Assembly: GCA_016935735.1 (NCBI GenBank)
Contig: JAFGQK010000300.1
Span: 3,437-67,436 of the forward strand
Direction of reading: 5' to 3'
Length of the DNA stretch: 64,000 bases
Source of the DNA: Spirochaetales bacterium
GTDB lineage: Bacteria > Spirochaetota > Spirochaetia > SZUA-6 > JAFGRV01
Below the pieces are notes generated by a model. The model saw only the letters and a program-made list of their open reading frames with translations. It searched no databases and was not told where the DNA came from. The position numbers and the translations under genes are program-made. Of the stretch, positions 46,130-57,134 are shown one piece after another; the stretch's first letter is position 1, and each line of letters begins with the position of its first letter.

Positions 46130-48394
46130 TTACTTTACCATTATTCTTACTATATCAGACGAATCATGATCTTTCACCGTAATACACCATTTTCCTTTCT
46201 TAAGGGGAAAAAACCATGTATAAGGATAGGTGATGTCATCTGCTTTTATCCCATTAACAAATACAGAAAGGATATCATTCATTTGTGTGTGGATAATCTC
46301 GAATTTTACTGCCTGTTGTGATACAGGAATGGAAGGGTCGGTATAAAAATATTCACCATCTCCCGGTTGCCGGATAAAAGGAGTTTCATACTCATAAGGC
46401 AGGGATATCATATCGTTTCCCAGCTGTTCCCTGGCCCAGGATGTATAGAGTGGCGGATATTTTGTTTTTAACATCCCATTTTCCCTGTAATGGAAATCAC
46501 AAGGTTTTATTGATGCATGATACGGGAGGTATTCTTCCACAATTCCCGGACATGCATCCGTTGCAAGCCCGCCGGAAAGAGAACAAATTCTCACCTTTTT
46601 TGCTTCTTCCGGTACAGGAAAAGGCTCAGGACTCCTGTCGATAATGGAAATTATTTCTTTTACAATTTGTGCAGGAATCGAACTCCCCGGCATACCGATG
46701 ACTGTCTTGCCACTGAAATTTCCCAACCAGACACCTACGGTATAGTTAACGGTAGCCCCTAAAGCCCATATATTCCCGAATTGATTTGATGTTCCTGTCT
46801 TGAACATAACAGGAATTCCCGTGTTTAATACAGAATCTGTGGTAAATCCCAGTGCCCTGCTTGCATTATCGGAAAGCATATGACAGATCATGGCAGAAGT
46901 ATACGGACTGAATACCCGTTTCCCATCGGGAATTCTTGCTTTTTTCCTGTATTTCCAGACAGGAGGTGCTTTTATTCCCTTTGCCGGGAAAATACTGAAA
47001 GCCTGTGTCAATTCAAACAGGGTAATTTCCGCATTGCCAAGGGCAAGACCACTCCCGAATTGATGCTCTTTATTGTCCAGGGAATGAAATCCAAGTTCGA
47101 CAAGTTTCTGCCTGAAATTTTCCACACCGAGCCGGGTTATCATATATACGGCAGGTACATTAAGGGAAGAAGCAAGGGCAACGCGAAGCCTGACAGGCCC
47201 ATGAAATCGGTTGTTGAAATTTACCGGTCTGTATACTTCATCTGTACCAAAGTCCGTGGGAATATCGGGCAGGAGTGTGTTGGGGGAAAATCCGTTTTCA
47301 AGTGCATATGCATAGAGAAACGGTTTCAGGCATGAACCGGGTTGATTGTGTATATGAAGTCCATCTATCTCCCCGGCATGTTCCTTATCATTAAAATCAT
47401 TGGAGCCGGTATATGCGAGAATTTCCCGGGTCCTGTTGTTCAGTACCAGTGCAGCCCCGTTGGTAAGTCTGTTATGTTGATGTTTGTCCAGGGCATGCCG
47501 GATCTTCTCTTCTACCAGATGATTCAGGGCCAGGTCCAGGGAAGTGGCAATTTCCCGGCCGGAAATTTTCCGGCCGGGTGTTAATTCATCCGGTGAAAGA
47601 TTATTTTTTACATAAAGGGAGAAATGAGGGGCCAGAAAAGGCCACTCGAAAGGTGTGAGATTCGAGATAATGGATCTGATTTCTTTTTCCAGCCGGGATT
47701 CTCTTTCTGTCCCTGAACCTGTGCCCATACGAATGGCAAGCTTTTTTACCGCATCAATCAATAATTCCTGTTCACTAAACGGATTATATAATGAAGGGTT
47801 TCTTATTATAACAGCAAGGATACATGCTTCAAGTTTTGTTAACATCTTTACATCCTTGTGAAAATAAACCCTGCTTGCAGATGCGATACCGGTTGTGTTC
47901 ATGCCAACCGGTATTGAATTGAGCCAGAGTTCAATTATTTCTTCCTTGCTGCATTGTGCTTCCAGGCGAATCGCATTAATAGCCTCCCATAATTTACCGG
48001 TTATTCCCCTTTTGTGTGGCAGTATCATCCTGGCAAGCTGCATGGAGATGGAGGATGCACCGGAAACAATATATCCGCTTTTTATATTAAGGGAAAGTGA
48101 CCGGATTACTGCAATGAAATCGATCCCATGATGATAAAAAAACCGTTTATCTTCACTTTGTATGAATACGGAAATAATATCCGGATGAATTTCATCCAGC
48201 CTGGCATATTCCCTTCGCTGTCCATCGGGAAGGGGAATGACATGAAGCAGGGTTCCCTTCCGGTCAAAAAGGCAGGGGCTGTATGACTTGCTTTTAAACT
48301 TATCCAGTTCAGGGAACGGAAACAGCAGGAAAGTAATCTGGGTGATTATCATAACAAGGATAATATAGAAAAGAAGATTTTTCATGATATTCAT
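46130..48394 (-). CDS. pbpC: Bifunctional penicillin-binding protein 1C-like (GT51 transglycosylase + transpeptidase)
   Basis: GT51 motifs (QSEDKRFFYHHGID, RMILP). Transpeptidase SxxK/KTGT (FKTGTS). C-terminal PBP1C-type extension. Confidence 0.7.
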   Translation of the reverse strand: MNIMKNLLFYIILVMIITQITFLLFPFPELDKFKSKSYSPCLFDRKGTLLHVIPLPDGQRREYARLDEIHPDIISVFIQSEDKRFFYHHGIDFIAVIRSLSLNIKSGYIVSGASSISMQLARMILPHKRGITGKLWEAINAIRLEAQCSKEEIIELWLNSIPVGMNTTGIASASRVYFHKDVKMLTKLEACILAVIIRNPSLYNPFSEQELLIDAVKKLAIRMGTGSGTERESRLEKEIRSIISNLTPFEWPFLAPHFSLYVKNNLSPDELTPGRKISGREIATSLDLALNHLVEEKIRHALDKHQHNRLTNGAALVLNNRTREILAYTGSNDFNDKEHAGEIDGLHIHNQPGSCLKPFLYAYALENGFSPNTLLPDIPTDFGTDEVYRPVNFNNRFHGPVRLRVALASSLNVPAVYMITRLGVENFRQKLVELGFHSLDNKEHQFGSGLALGNAEITLFELTQAFSIFPAKGIKAPPVWKYRKKARIPDGKRVFSPYTSAMICHMLSDNASRALGFTTDSVLNTGIPVMFKTGTSNQFGNIWALGATVNYTVGVWLGNFSGKTVIGMPGSSIPAQIVKEIISIIDRSPEPFPVPEEAKKVRICSLSGGLATDACPGIVEEYLPYHASIKPCDFHYRENGMLKTKYPPLYTSWAREQLGNDMISLPYEYETPFIRQPGDGEYFYTDPSIPVSQQAVKFEIIHTQMNDILSVFVNGIKADDITYPYTWFFPLKKGKWCITVKDHDSSDIVRIMVK

Positions 48395-48473
48395 CGCTTA
48401 TTCCCTTAAATAATACAAAAGGGCGGGCAAGATGACAAGAATAAACATACGGTTTATTTTTAATAAATTTTTT

Positions 48474-49586
48474 TCAGTAACTTCTCGTGGAGTTACTACC
48501 GAATCCCCTGAACAGATGCGTACGGTAAAGCAGATTCCCGGTCGGACAATTGTCCATACATAAACCGCAGCCAACACAGGAAATATCCCGTACCGGCTTT
48601 TTTTCCTGTACCCTGGCCATTATATCGATCGACATTTTACAGGCATCATTACAGGCACTGCATTGAATACAATGTGTCAGACCTGTTTCCACCCGCTGGC
48701 CTATGAGACGTGAAATAAGCGCCAGACCGAAACCTGCCGGGCAATAAAAGCAATATCCCCGGCCACCAATAAACACCCAGAGAAACATCAGCAGTGTTAA
48801 TTCAAGACTGATATATTTGATGAGTTCGATACGAATAAGGGTGTTTTCAGGAATCAGTGTCCAGCCTGTTATCAGATAACAACTCCAGAGTCCTGTAAGC
48901 AGGATATTTACGGTAAAAAGGATGCGCTGTATGAGGATAAGGATAGTATGTAAAACAGGTTTGATTTGTTTTGAATGGGGACGCTTTTTATTGTGGATAA
49001 TAAAGGGTAAACCAATACCCAGGGTTTCGGCATGACACCCATTCATAAGACAAATCATACTGCATTGCCATTTACGGCCCAGGACAATTGTACCTGCAAA
49101 AGCGATCACCTGATAAATCCCATAAGCCCAAAGAAGCAAAGTTGCGGAATCGATACCCTTCCAGGGGGGAAGTGAGGTTCCATAAAATTTACCGTTCATG
49201 GCAAGCTGGAAGGGAAGCGTTGTCCATGGAAAGGGCATAAAAGCATAATAAAGTTCCCAGTAACCGGAAGCAATCGGCCAGATTACAAGCAAAAGAAGCG
49301 AAGTAATTGAAAAACTGAATAAGGTGATTTTCCTCTGTAAAGGAACCCGCCCTGTACTTTTTTTTATAAACCGGTAGGTTAAAAGACTTCCCAGGAATAC
49401 GGTAAATGCCCGGAAAAAATGTTCAAAATAAAAATAAAGCATTTTCCAGAAATGCTTTACTGAAGGATTTAAATTCTTTGCAAATCCGTAATTTGCAGCT
49501 GCAACTACAACTGCTATGACCAATAATGCCAGGGTCATAATCTTGATGATAATAATATTGATATCTCTTTTTTTCGTTTGAATCAT
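48474..49586 (-). CDS. Polytopic membrane protein with C-terminal 4Fe-4S ferredoxin-type cluster motifs
   Basis: Multiple TM helices. CIQCSACNDAC and CVGCGLCMDNCP. Confidence 0.55.
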   Translation of the reverse strand: MIQTKKRDINIIIIKIMTLALLVIAVVVAAANYGFAKNLNPSVKHFWKMLYFYFEHFFRAFTVFLGSLLTYRFIKKSTGRVPLQRKITLFSFSITSLLLLVIWPIASGYWELYYAFMPFPWTTLPFQLAMNGKFYGTSLPPWKGIDSATLLLWAYGIYQVIAFAGTIVLGRKWQCSMICLMNGCHAETLGIGLPFIIHNKKRPHSKQIKPVLHTILILIQRILFTVNILLTGLWSCYLITGWTLIPENTLIRIELIKYISLELTLLMFLWVFIGGRGYCFYCPAGFGLALISRLIGQRVETGLTHCIQCSACNDACKMSIDIMARVQEKKPVRDISCVGCGLCMDNCPTGNLLYRTHLFRGFGSNSTRSY

Positions 49587-49930
49587 TCGTATTTCTCCTT
49601 ACTGTATTACACCATAACCTGCAATTACATCACATCCAGGAAGGTTCCGGCCAACGAAAGTGTTATGGCTCGAAAATCCCGGAATTCTACTAAAATAGTC
49701 AAAGTTCAAAGATTATACAAGTCCCTAAAAAAACCTCGAAACAATGCCATAATGATTAAAGTTCAAAATTTCAACAGGCATTGTAAAGAAAAAAAATAAA
49801 CCGGTAAAAAGGGAAAGGCAAAAATGGAAACCTCTTGCAATATGCAATAAAAATATGTTATTGTCAGATAGATTATATTCTATAAACTGGAATTTTCTAT
49901 TTCATTTTATTAGAATCGGAAGCGAATTAA

Positions 49931-52255
49931 GTGAAAAACATAAAAAACCTGAAAACCAGGCCGACAATCGGATTACTTATCGGTGAACTTGAAGAAAGTT
50001 ACCAGGCCAGGGTTTGGCCCGGTGTTGCAGATTATGCGCAGGAACATGATGTGAATCTTATCATTTTTGTCGGAAAAGCTCCCCGGTCCCCATATGGGTA
50101 TGACTACCAGCATAATTGTATCTACAAAATAGTGCATAAGAACTTTATCGACGGGCTTGTGGTTCTTTCCGGTACTCTCGGGAACTTTCTTACACCCGGT
50201 GAGCTTGCAAAATTTTATAAACAATTCAGATCAATCCCTATTGTGAGTATCGCACTTGAGATAAAGGGGATCCCGTGTGTCATGGTAGATAATGAAAGCG
50301 GCATGAGACAGGCACTCATCCATCTTATAGAAAAACACGGATATGAACGGATCGCATTTATAAGGGGACCGAAAACACACCAGGAAGCTGAAAAACGTTA
50401 TATGACCTATCTGAATATTCTAACAGAGTATCATTTACCTATCCGGGAAGAACTTACTGTTATCGGGGACCTTCATCCCCGGGGCGGTTCTGATGCGATT
50501 CATACACTCCTTGATGAAAGACATATAAATTTCGATGCTCTTGTTGCAGCAAATGATGGAATGGCATTAAGTGCTTTAAAAGCATTACAGGCCAGGGGCA
50601 TTAAAGTCCCGGAAGAAATTGCAGTAGTCGGTTTTGATGATATTGATGAAGCAAGCTATATAACACCCCCTCTTTCCACTGTGAAACAGCCCCTTTATGA
50701 GCAGGCAAAAACGGCTATCAAGCTTCTCCTCGATAAAATCGAGGGAAATAAGGTGAGTAATAAAATCTGTTTGCCCACCACCTTTATTATAAGAGAATCC
50801 TGCGGCTGTTTTCACGAAACCATTCCACATAAATTATATCCAAAGCAACGGGGAAAACATACAAAGAAAAGCCTGGATGAAGCACTTGAAAAAATGAAAA
50901 CGGCAGTTCTTAATGATGTAGTATCATCATGTGAATCGATTTATCTGGAAAAAGATCAGTTTATCGCATGGTTAAAAAAATTAATAGACGGTATTGCCAT
51001 CGATCTCCTGGATCAGCACGAGTCCAGAAACTTTACCCCTTTTCTGAATGAAATCCTTATTCAAAAAATGCTTGGTAAGTACCAGTATAATTTCTGGCAG
51101 AATATTTTAATCTTTTTACACGATAGAATTTTTGATCATCTACAAGGATTCAACCTGGATGATAAAATTCAATACCTTTTTGAACAGGGATTTTGTTTAC
51201 TAAGAGAAATTATGATGCGGGCTCTCTATTACCGGAGAATCCAGGTTGAATATGATATCGGGCTTCTCGGGGAAGTAAGCCAGGCCCTTATTACAACAAT
51301 AGATTTGCCAGAGCTTATGAATGCTATTTCACGTGAAGTTCCGAAATTGAATATACAGAGTTGTTATATCATCAGGTACAACCAGGATAAAGCAGACCGG
51401 TGCAGTACCAGCTGGAAAGTTCCTGCGACATCGGAACTGGTACTTGCTTTTGACAGACAGCACAATGTTGTCATGCATACGGAAAAAAGAAAATTCCGGA
51501 CTCGTGAGTTATTACCGGACCGCTTGTTAACAATCTGGCACAGGCGGACATTTATCTGTATGCCCCTTTTTTTTAGAGAGGAAAAACTCGGGCATCTGCT
51601 TTTTGAATTCGGCCCAAAGGAGGGAATCATCTATGAGACCCTAAGGAGTCAGATAAGCAGCGCATTAAAAGGTGCATTGCTTTTCCAGAAGCACCTGGAT
51701 ACGGAAAAGGAACTAAAGAAAACACTCTTACAACTTGAAAGGACAAATAAAGAACTCCAGAACCTTTCACTCCGGGATGATTTAACAGGACTTTATAACA
51801 GACGTGCATTCATCACACTGGGAGAGCAGCACCTACGGCTCGCACAACGTACAAAAAAAATCTTTCTGCTTTTCTTTGCAGATATGGATGGATTAAAGGT
51901 TATTAATGATACGTATGGCCACAGGGAAGGAGATATTGCAATATTGAAAAGCGCAGAAATATTAAGACAATCATTCCGGCATGCAGATATTATTGCCAGG
52001 TTTGGCGGGGATGAATTTACCATTATTGCGATTGATGCGGGCAGGGAAGATAGTTCGACATTAAGGGAAAACTTCATGAAAAATATTAATAATTATAATC
52101 GAATATCAAAAAAACCCTATAAACTGGGGATTAGTATGGGGGCCGCTTCCTATGAGATCGATTCACTGAAAACTTTCGAAAATCTTCTTACGGAAGCAGA
52201 TTGTGATCTATACGAACAGAAACAATATAAAAAGAAAAAGAATAAGCAATTATAA
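49931..52255 (+). CDS. GGDEF diguanylate cyclase with N-terminal LacI/PBP1-type ligand-binding domain
   Basis: LacI-type sugar-binding-like N-terminal region (IAFIRGP ... VVGFDDI). C-terminal RFGGDEF with RxxD-like I-site context. Confidence 0.7.
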   Translation: MKNIKNLKTRPTIGLLIGELEESYQARVWPGVADYAQEHDVNLIIFVGKAPRSPYGYDYQHNCIYKIVHKNFIDGLVVLSGTLGNFLTPGELAKFYKQFRSIPIVSIALEIKGIPCVMVDNESGMRQALIHLIEKHGYERIAFIRGPKTHQEAEKRYMTYLNILTEYHLPIREELTVIGDLHPRGGSDAIHTLLDERHINFDALVAANDGMALSALKALQARGIKVPEEIAVVGFDDIDEASYITPPLSTVKQPLYEQAKTAIKLLLDKIEGNKVSNKICLPTTFIIRESCGCFHETIPHKLYPKQRGKHTKKSLDEALEKMKTAVLNDVVSSCESIYLEKDQFIAWLKKLIDGIAIDLLDQHESRNFTPFLNEILIQKMLGKYQYNFWQNILIFLHDRIFDHLQGFNLDDKIQYLFEQGFCLLREIMMRALYYRRIQVEYDIGLLGEVSQALITTIDLPELMNAISREVPKLNIQSCYIIRYNQDKADRCSTSWKVPATSELVLAFDRQHNVVMHTEKRKFRTRELLPDRLLTIWHRRTFICMPLFFREEKLGHLLFEFGPKEGIIYETLRSQISSALKGALLFQKHLDTEKELKKTLLQLERTNKELQNLSLRDDLTGLYNRRAFITLGEQHLRLAQRTKKIFLLFFADMDGLKVINDTYGHREGDIAILKSAEILRQSFRHADIIARFGGDEFTIIAIDAGREDSSTLRENFMKNINNYNRISKKPYKLGISMGAASYEIDSLKTFENLLTEADCDLYEQKQYKKKKNKQL

Positions 52256-54238
52256 TTCATCTTCTGCAAGAACAACAAGGGAATCATCTGCCGTTAATGT
52301 AAATACCCTGTTTTTTTCAGGATTAAGCAAAACACCGAAGTTCTGAAGGGGATCTTTTAATAAAGCCCCTCTCCTGATTCCCAGGCAGATTTCCTGTCTC
52401 TGCTGGACCTGGGACAGGATGTCGAGAAAGGAAACATTAACCGGGAGGGTATCAAAGTAAAAAGGAACCGGTTTAATATAAATTTCACTTCCTTCTTCAC
52501 AGAACAGCTGGTCATAAAGAAACTTGATCTCATGATTCTCGCTTATCTGGGCTATAATCTTTGTAATCATTTTATTGCTTATAATAAAATCATCAACATT
52601 TGATTGTTCAATCAATTCCTGGTTATCCGAATTGAGTATCTGGGTAATAATTTTCGTCTTTTTCTCACTGATACCTTGTTCATTTATAAGTTCCCGGAGG
52701 AGAAGGAGAATAAGCATGGTATCCGAATCAACCTTTTCCGGTGTATAATCTTTTTCATCCTGGGCAAGGATAATGATATTATTATAAGAAAAAGGGGATA
52801 TGTTCTTCAGATTCCGGGGTGAAAGCGGATTTTCATGGATAAGAGATATCTTAAGCTCCCTGAACTCTTCCTGAAAGGATTTGATTTTCGCTTCTACCTG
52901 TGCAGATGGTTTATAAATCATGATATCGATTGCAGATCCCCCGGGAAGAAAATTTGCAAATTCACGGAGGATTATCTCTGCTATACTGTGCCACCCCAGC
53001 AAAAGCTCTTTTTCCACCTTTCTGGATGTTTCTTTTTTTACAAGTGAATATTGCTTCGGTTCTGCTATCTTTTGTTTTTTAAATTTGATTGTGGAATCAT
53101 CTTCTGCAAGAATGAAAATGCTGTCATCTTTTTCCATCTTTCTTGTTGCAGGTGGCCGCAGGGCAAGAATGTTATCTTTGTTCATAATCCCAAGTGGAAT
53201 TCCATCGATAAAATGACATTGAAGCTCTCCAAAGGGGATATTTCCCCATTCAGTCCTGTATTTGTAGATTTCACACCCTTTAAAAGAGAGAATCTCGCTG
53301 TATACAAGCTCAAGTCCGCTGGAAAGAGATGTCTGGACCAGAAGTTTCCCAAGGATCTCCCTGGAGTCAATAGATATTACATTCCGGAATCGAAGTGAAT
53401 CCAGAATCTTTCTTTTTTCATTGCTGAAGATTTCTGCGACAATTGTCATGTGCGCTTTCTCCTCAACATTCGTTGAGGCACGATTGTAATTTATAAGGTA
53501 CTCTTCCCGGCTCATAAGAAGGGCAAGAATTGTCTTGATTGTTTTCGTATCGGAAATTTCTTTCATGTCATCTGAAGAAGAATCCGGACAGCAGGAAAGG
53601 ATGATTGCAGATTTTGCTTCTTTTGCATTAACCCGTTTCAGTTCATTCAAAGAGGATGTATCCCCGGTTCTGGTGATAATTTTCATTGTTTTCATCCTCG
53701 AAAACTGCTTCGCTATTTTATGATCCATGGTTTCTTTATCTTCTTCAGATAGAATGACAATAATACCGTTTCTTTCACTTTCATTTGCAACAATCAATTC
53801 TTTCATCACATCAAAAATCCGTTCATTCCACCCAAGGATGAGTGTGTGGCCCTGTTCAATCACCTGGCTTTTCCCTTTACGGAAGTTATAGATGATTTCC
53901 TCTACATGGGTAGTAATAAAAGCGATGAGCATGGAAAAAATGACAAGCCCGGATAATATGGTAACGGTTCCCACAATGTAATACCAGATGAAATCACCTC
54001 CTTCCATCCCAAGGGTGCCGGGATCAGTCAGGCCAAGAAAAACCCGCCAGAAATGTTTGAAAAAGTTCGCAGTAATCTGTTCATCCGGATTTAATGCAAC
54101 AAAGATTCCCCGGATAATTGTTAAAACAATAAGGGCAATAATGAAAAGAATAAGAAGGCTTAAAAATACAGCAACACCGCCATGGGCCATGAAGTTTTCC
54201 AGCCAGTAACGAAACCTTTTCCCTATTGTGGTTTTCAT
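52250..54238 (-). CDS. Membrane protein with N-terminal TM helices and tandem RCK/TrkA-N-like domains (Castor/Pollux-like putative ion channel)
   Basis: N-terminal hydrophobic helices, then HTLILGWNERIFDVMKEL and a second NAD-binding-like lobe. Start set at MKTTIGKRF. Confidence 0.45.
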   Translation of the reverse strand: MKTTIGKRFRYWLENFMAHGGVAVFLSLLILFIIALIVLTIIRGIFVALNPDEQITANFFKHFWRVFLGLTDPGTLGMEGGDFIWYYIVGTVTILSGLVIFSMLIAFITTHVEEIIYNFRKGKSQVIEQGHTLILGWNERIFDVMKELIVANESERNGIIVILSEEDKETMDHKIAKQFSRMKTMKIITRTGDTSSLNELKRVNAKEAKSAIILSCCPDSSSDDMKEISDTKTIKTILALLMSREEYLINYNRASTNVEEKAHMTIVAEIFSNEKRKILDSLRFRNVISIDSREILGKLLVQTSLSSGLELVYSEILSFKGCEIYKYRTEWGNIPFGELQCHFIDGIPLGIMNKDNILALRPPATRKMEKDDSIFILAEDDSTIKFKKQKIAEPKQYSLVKKETSRKVEKELLLGWHSIAEIILREFANFLPGGSAIDIMIYKPSAQVEAKIKSFQEEFRELKISLIHENPLSPRNLKNISPFSYNNIIILAQDEKDYTPEKVDSDTMLILLLLRELINEQGISEKKTKIITQILNSDNQELIEQSNVDDFIISNKMITKIIAQISENHEIKFLYDQLFCEEGSEIYIKPVPFYFDTLPVNVSFLDILSQVQQRQEICLGIRRGALLKDPLQNFGVLLNPEKNRVFTLTADDSLVVLAEDEL

Positions 54239-54417
54239 TCTCTTAATTGTTTCCTTTCCATATATTGTTACACAATAATTATAGGAAGAGAAATAAAGGA
54301 AAATCAATTATTTTTTTAATAAAAGTATGGTAAAAAGAGATCCAATTCCCTTGCTTTACAAAAAGTACTTTTTTCATATATAATAATATCCTGGACGGAT
54401 TTAAATTAAGGAAAAGA

Positions 54418-56433
54418 ATGAAAGATATATATGTACCTGTTATTTTATTTTTCTGTTGTATGTTCCTCCTTTCCATTTTATCCTGTACCCCGGAAATACA
54501 AATCAAGGCAGAAAGAGGGGAATTGGATCTCTCCTCATGGGATTTTGAAAAAAATGGAATTGTGGAGCTCGATGGTGAATGGGAATTTTATTGGAAAGAA
54601 ATTCTTTATAGTAATGATTTTAAACAAGCCACTGTGGAAAAAACTCCTGATTACCGGCATGTACCATCTCTCTGGAATACCTATCGTATTCATACCGGGG
54701 TTCTTCCGGTAACAGGATATGCAACCTACCGCCTGTTCCTTACCCTCCCTGATTCTCATAGACTTTATGCCTTTAAAATATATGACCAGAGTACTGCTTA
54801 CCGTCTTTATATTTATGGAAAATATATAATGGGGAATGGCAAAGTCGGCAAAACAAAAGAAGAGTCCATTCCTGTCTGGCGTTCAACCATGAGCGTCTTT
54901 ATGCCGGAATCTACTACAATAGAGATTATTCTGCACATTTCAAATTTCCATTTTAATAAACCGGGTTTCTGGAAAAGTATCTCCTTTGGGCCGGATAAAC
55001 AAATTATTGCCATGGATATGCAGTCAAAAGCGTGGGTTTATCTTGTGCTCGGTATTTATCTTGCAATCGGAACTTATCATCTGGTTCTTTTTTTCCTGGG
55101 GAAAAAGGATAAAGCGACTCTCTTTTTTGGGTTTTTTTGCCTGATTTTTATTATACGATCCGTTTTTACCGATGAACGTATTGCTCTTTCCCTTTTCCCC
55201 TGGATAAACTGGCATGCTGGTCTGCTTGGTGAAATTCTTTCTGTTTATTACCTTGTTATCTTTTTTATTCTATTCCTTAAAGCCCTTTATCCGGAGGAAA
55301 TGATTTCATGGATAAACCGGATTATTATTATTATCTCTGTAATCATAAGCCTGATTCTCCTGTTCACTCCTTCGATATTGATAAATGTGATTCATTCATA
55401 CTATTTAATAATAATCCTTTTTGTAATTATTTATGCAATTATTGTATTGTTATTTGCCAGTATTAGAAAACGCACAGGAGCAATTTTCCTTTTTATCGGG
55501 TTTCTCTTGTTTTCCGTCACTATATTTTACGATATCCTTGTTTCGCAATTTATTATAAACTTAAACTTCCTGGCTCCCCTTGGTATCCTGTTCTTTATTT
55601 TTACCGAATTCACCCTTTATGTTAAATTTATAAAAGCAGAAGATGAACTCCGGGAAAGGGAAAAGGAATTACTTCATGCAGAAAAACTCGCATCCCTGGG
55701 TACTCTTATTGCCGGGGTTGCACATGAAATCAACAATCCCAATGCTTCGATTTATATGACAACCAGTACACTTTCCACTATCTGGAAGGACCTGATTCCC
55801 CAGCTTGATGAGTTTGCAGAAAAGGAAGGAAATTTCACCATAGGAAACTTATCCTATACCGCTTTTAAAGAAGCTATACCTGTTTCCTTGAACAGGATAA
55901 AGAAAAACTCAAAAAGAATAGAAGAGATTGTAAAGGACTTAAAGGATTATGCAAAAAAGGATGAGAGTAATCAGGATAATAAAGTAAATATCAATAATGT
56001 TATCAATAGTTCCCTGCGGTTGCTGGATAATCTGATTAAAAAAAGTACGGGAAAACTCGAACTTGATTTAATGGAACACCTCCCGCCTGTACAGGGAAAT
56101 GCCCAGCGTCTTGAACAGGTTATCATCAATATTATTCAGAATGCCTGCCATGCACTTGAGGATAAGCAAAAAGGAATCTTCATCTCCACCGGTTTTAACG
56201 AGGCAGCAAAAAAAGTGATTATCTCTATCATGGATGAAGGGATTGGGATGGACAAAAAAACATTAAAACAGATTTACGACCCTTTTTTTACAACAAAAAG
56301 ATTAAAAGGGGGGACAGGGCTGGGGATGGCAGTGACTTCCAGGATAGTAAAAGATCATGGGGGAGAACTTATGATTACCTCCAGACCGGGAAAAGGAACC
56401 ACGGTAGAGATTTTACTGAATAGCTTCTTATAA
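54418..56433 (+). CDS. Sensor histidine kinase with 7TMR-DISM extracellular and 7-TM domains
   Basis: 7TMR-DISMED2-like LDLSSWDF ... LDGEWEFYWKEIL. Seven hydrophobic helices. HisKA EKLASLGTLIAGVAHEINNP. HATPase_c G-boxes. Confidence 0.8.
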   Translation: MKDIYVPVILFFCCMFLLSILSCTPEIQIKAERGELDLSSWDFEKNGIVELDGEWEFYWKEILYSNDFKQATVEKTPDYRHVPSLWNTYRIHTGVLPVTGYATYRLFLTLPDSHRLYAFKIYDQSTAYRLYIYGKYIMGNGKVGKTKEESIPVWRSTMSVFMPESTTIEIILHISNFHFNKPGFWKSISFGPDKQIIAMDMQSKAWVYLVLGIYLAIGTYHLVLFFLGKKDKATLFFGFFCLIFIIRSVFTDERIALSLFPWINWHAGLLGEILSVYYLVIFFILFLKALYPEEMISWINRIIIIISVIISLILLFTPSILINVIHSYYLIIILFVIIYAIIVLLFASIRKRTGAIFLFIGFLLFSVTIFYDILVSQFIINLNFLAPLGILFFIFTEFTLYVKFIKAEDELREREKELLHAEKLASLGTLIAGVAHEINNPNASIYMTTSTLSTIWKDLIPQLDEFAEKEGNFTIGNLSYTAFKEAIPVSLNRIKKNSKRIEEIVKDLKDYAKKDESNQDNKVNINNVINSSLRLLDNLIKKSTGKLELDLMEHLPPVQGNAQRLEQVIINIIQNACHALEDKQKGIFISTGFNEAAKKVIISIMDEGIGMDKKTLKQIYDPFFTTKRLKGGTGLGMAVTSRIVKDHGGELMITSRPGKGTTVEILLNSFL

Positions 56434-57090
56434 ATTCTTTGCCGCCCACATCGCAGCAAGAAACCTGTTGTTCACATCTATTTTCTTGTAGATGTTATAA
56501 AGATGTGTCTTTACCGTATTCAGACTCAGATGTAGTGAATCGGAGATTTCCTCATTTGTGGATCCTAAACTCACCATGGAGAGAATCTCGATCTCTCGCT
56601 GGGTAAGATTATTCTTTTCTTTGATTACTTCCCTTTTTTCCTTAAAGCTTTGAAGTACAAACCGGGAAAGGAGTTTTCTTTGGACCCAGAGTTCGTCTTT
56701 AAGGATAATTATAATACCTTTAAGAAAAAGATCTATTTTCTCTTCTTTATAAAAAAATCCTTTTATATTTTTAGCCAGTCCGTTTTTTTCTATACCTGTA
56801 TTTTCAGATAAATTAAAAAGCGCAACATAGAAATGAGTATCGCTCATAAAAGAACTCAAATGCCTTAACATCTCTTCAAAACTTGAATGGATACTATCGA
56901 TTAAAAGCAGATACTTCCTTTTTTTCAGTGAATGGAGTATTTGTTCTTTCCTCTGTGCAATGAAATTATCGATAACCGGGTAGAGATGACACTTCATCTT
57001 AAGTTCCCGTTCAATAATATATACGAGGAATTTATTATGCAGGTTCTCCGGCCCAATTATAAAAACTAACGCCTCTTGATTATTATCCAT
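56428..57090 (-). CDS. LuxR-family transcriptional regulator (C-terminal HTH, non-receiver N-terminal domain)
   Basis: LTQREIEILSMVSLGSTNEEISDSLHLSLNTVKTHLYNIYKKI. Confidence 0.7.
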   Translation of the reverse strand: MDNNQEALVFIIGPENLHNKFLVYIIERELKMKCHLYPVIDNFIAQRKEQILHSLKKRKYLLLIDSIHSSFEEMLRHLSSFMSDTHFYVALFNLSENTGIEKNGLAKNIKGFFYKEEKIDLFLKGIIIILKDELWVQRKLLSRFVLQSFKEKREVIKEKNNLTQREIEILSMVSLGSTNEEISDSLHLSLNTVKTHLYNIYKKIDVNNRFLAAMWAAKNL

Positions 57091-57134
57091 TTCAAGTATA
57101 TATATATAAGTATAAGGCTAAAGCCGTCTATTTG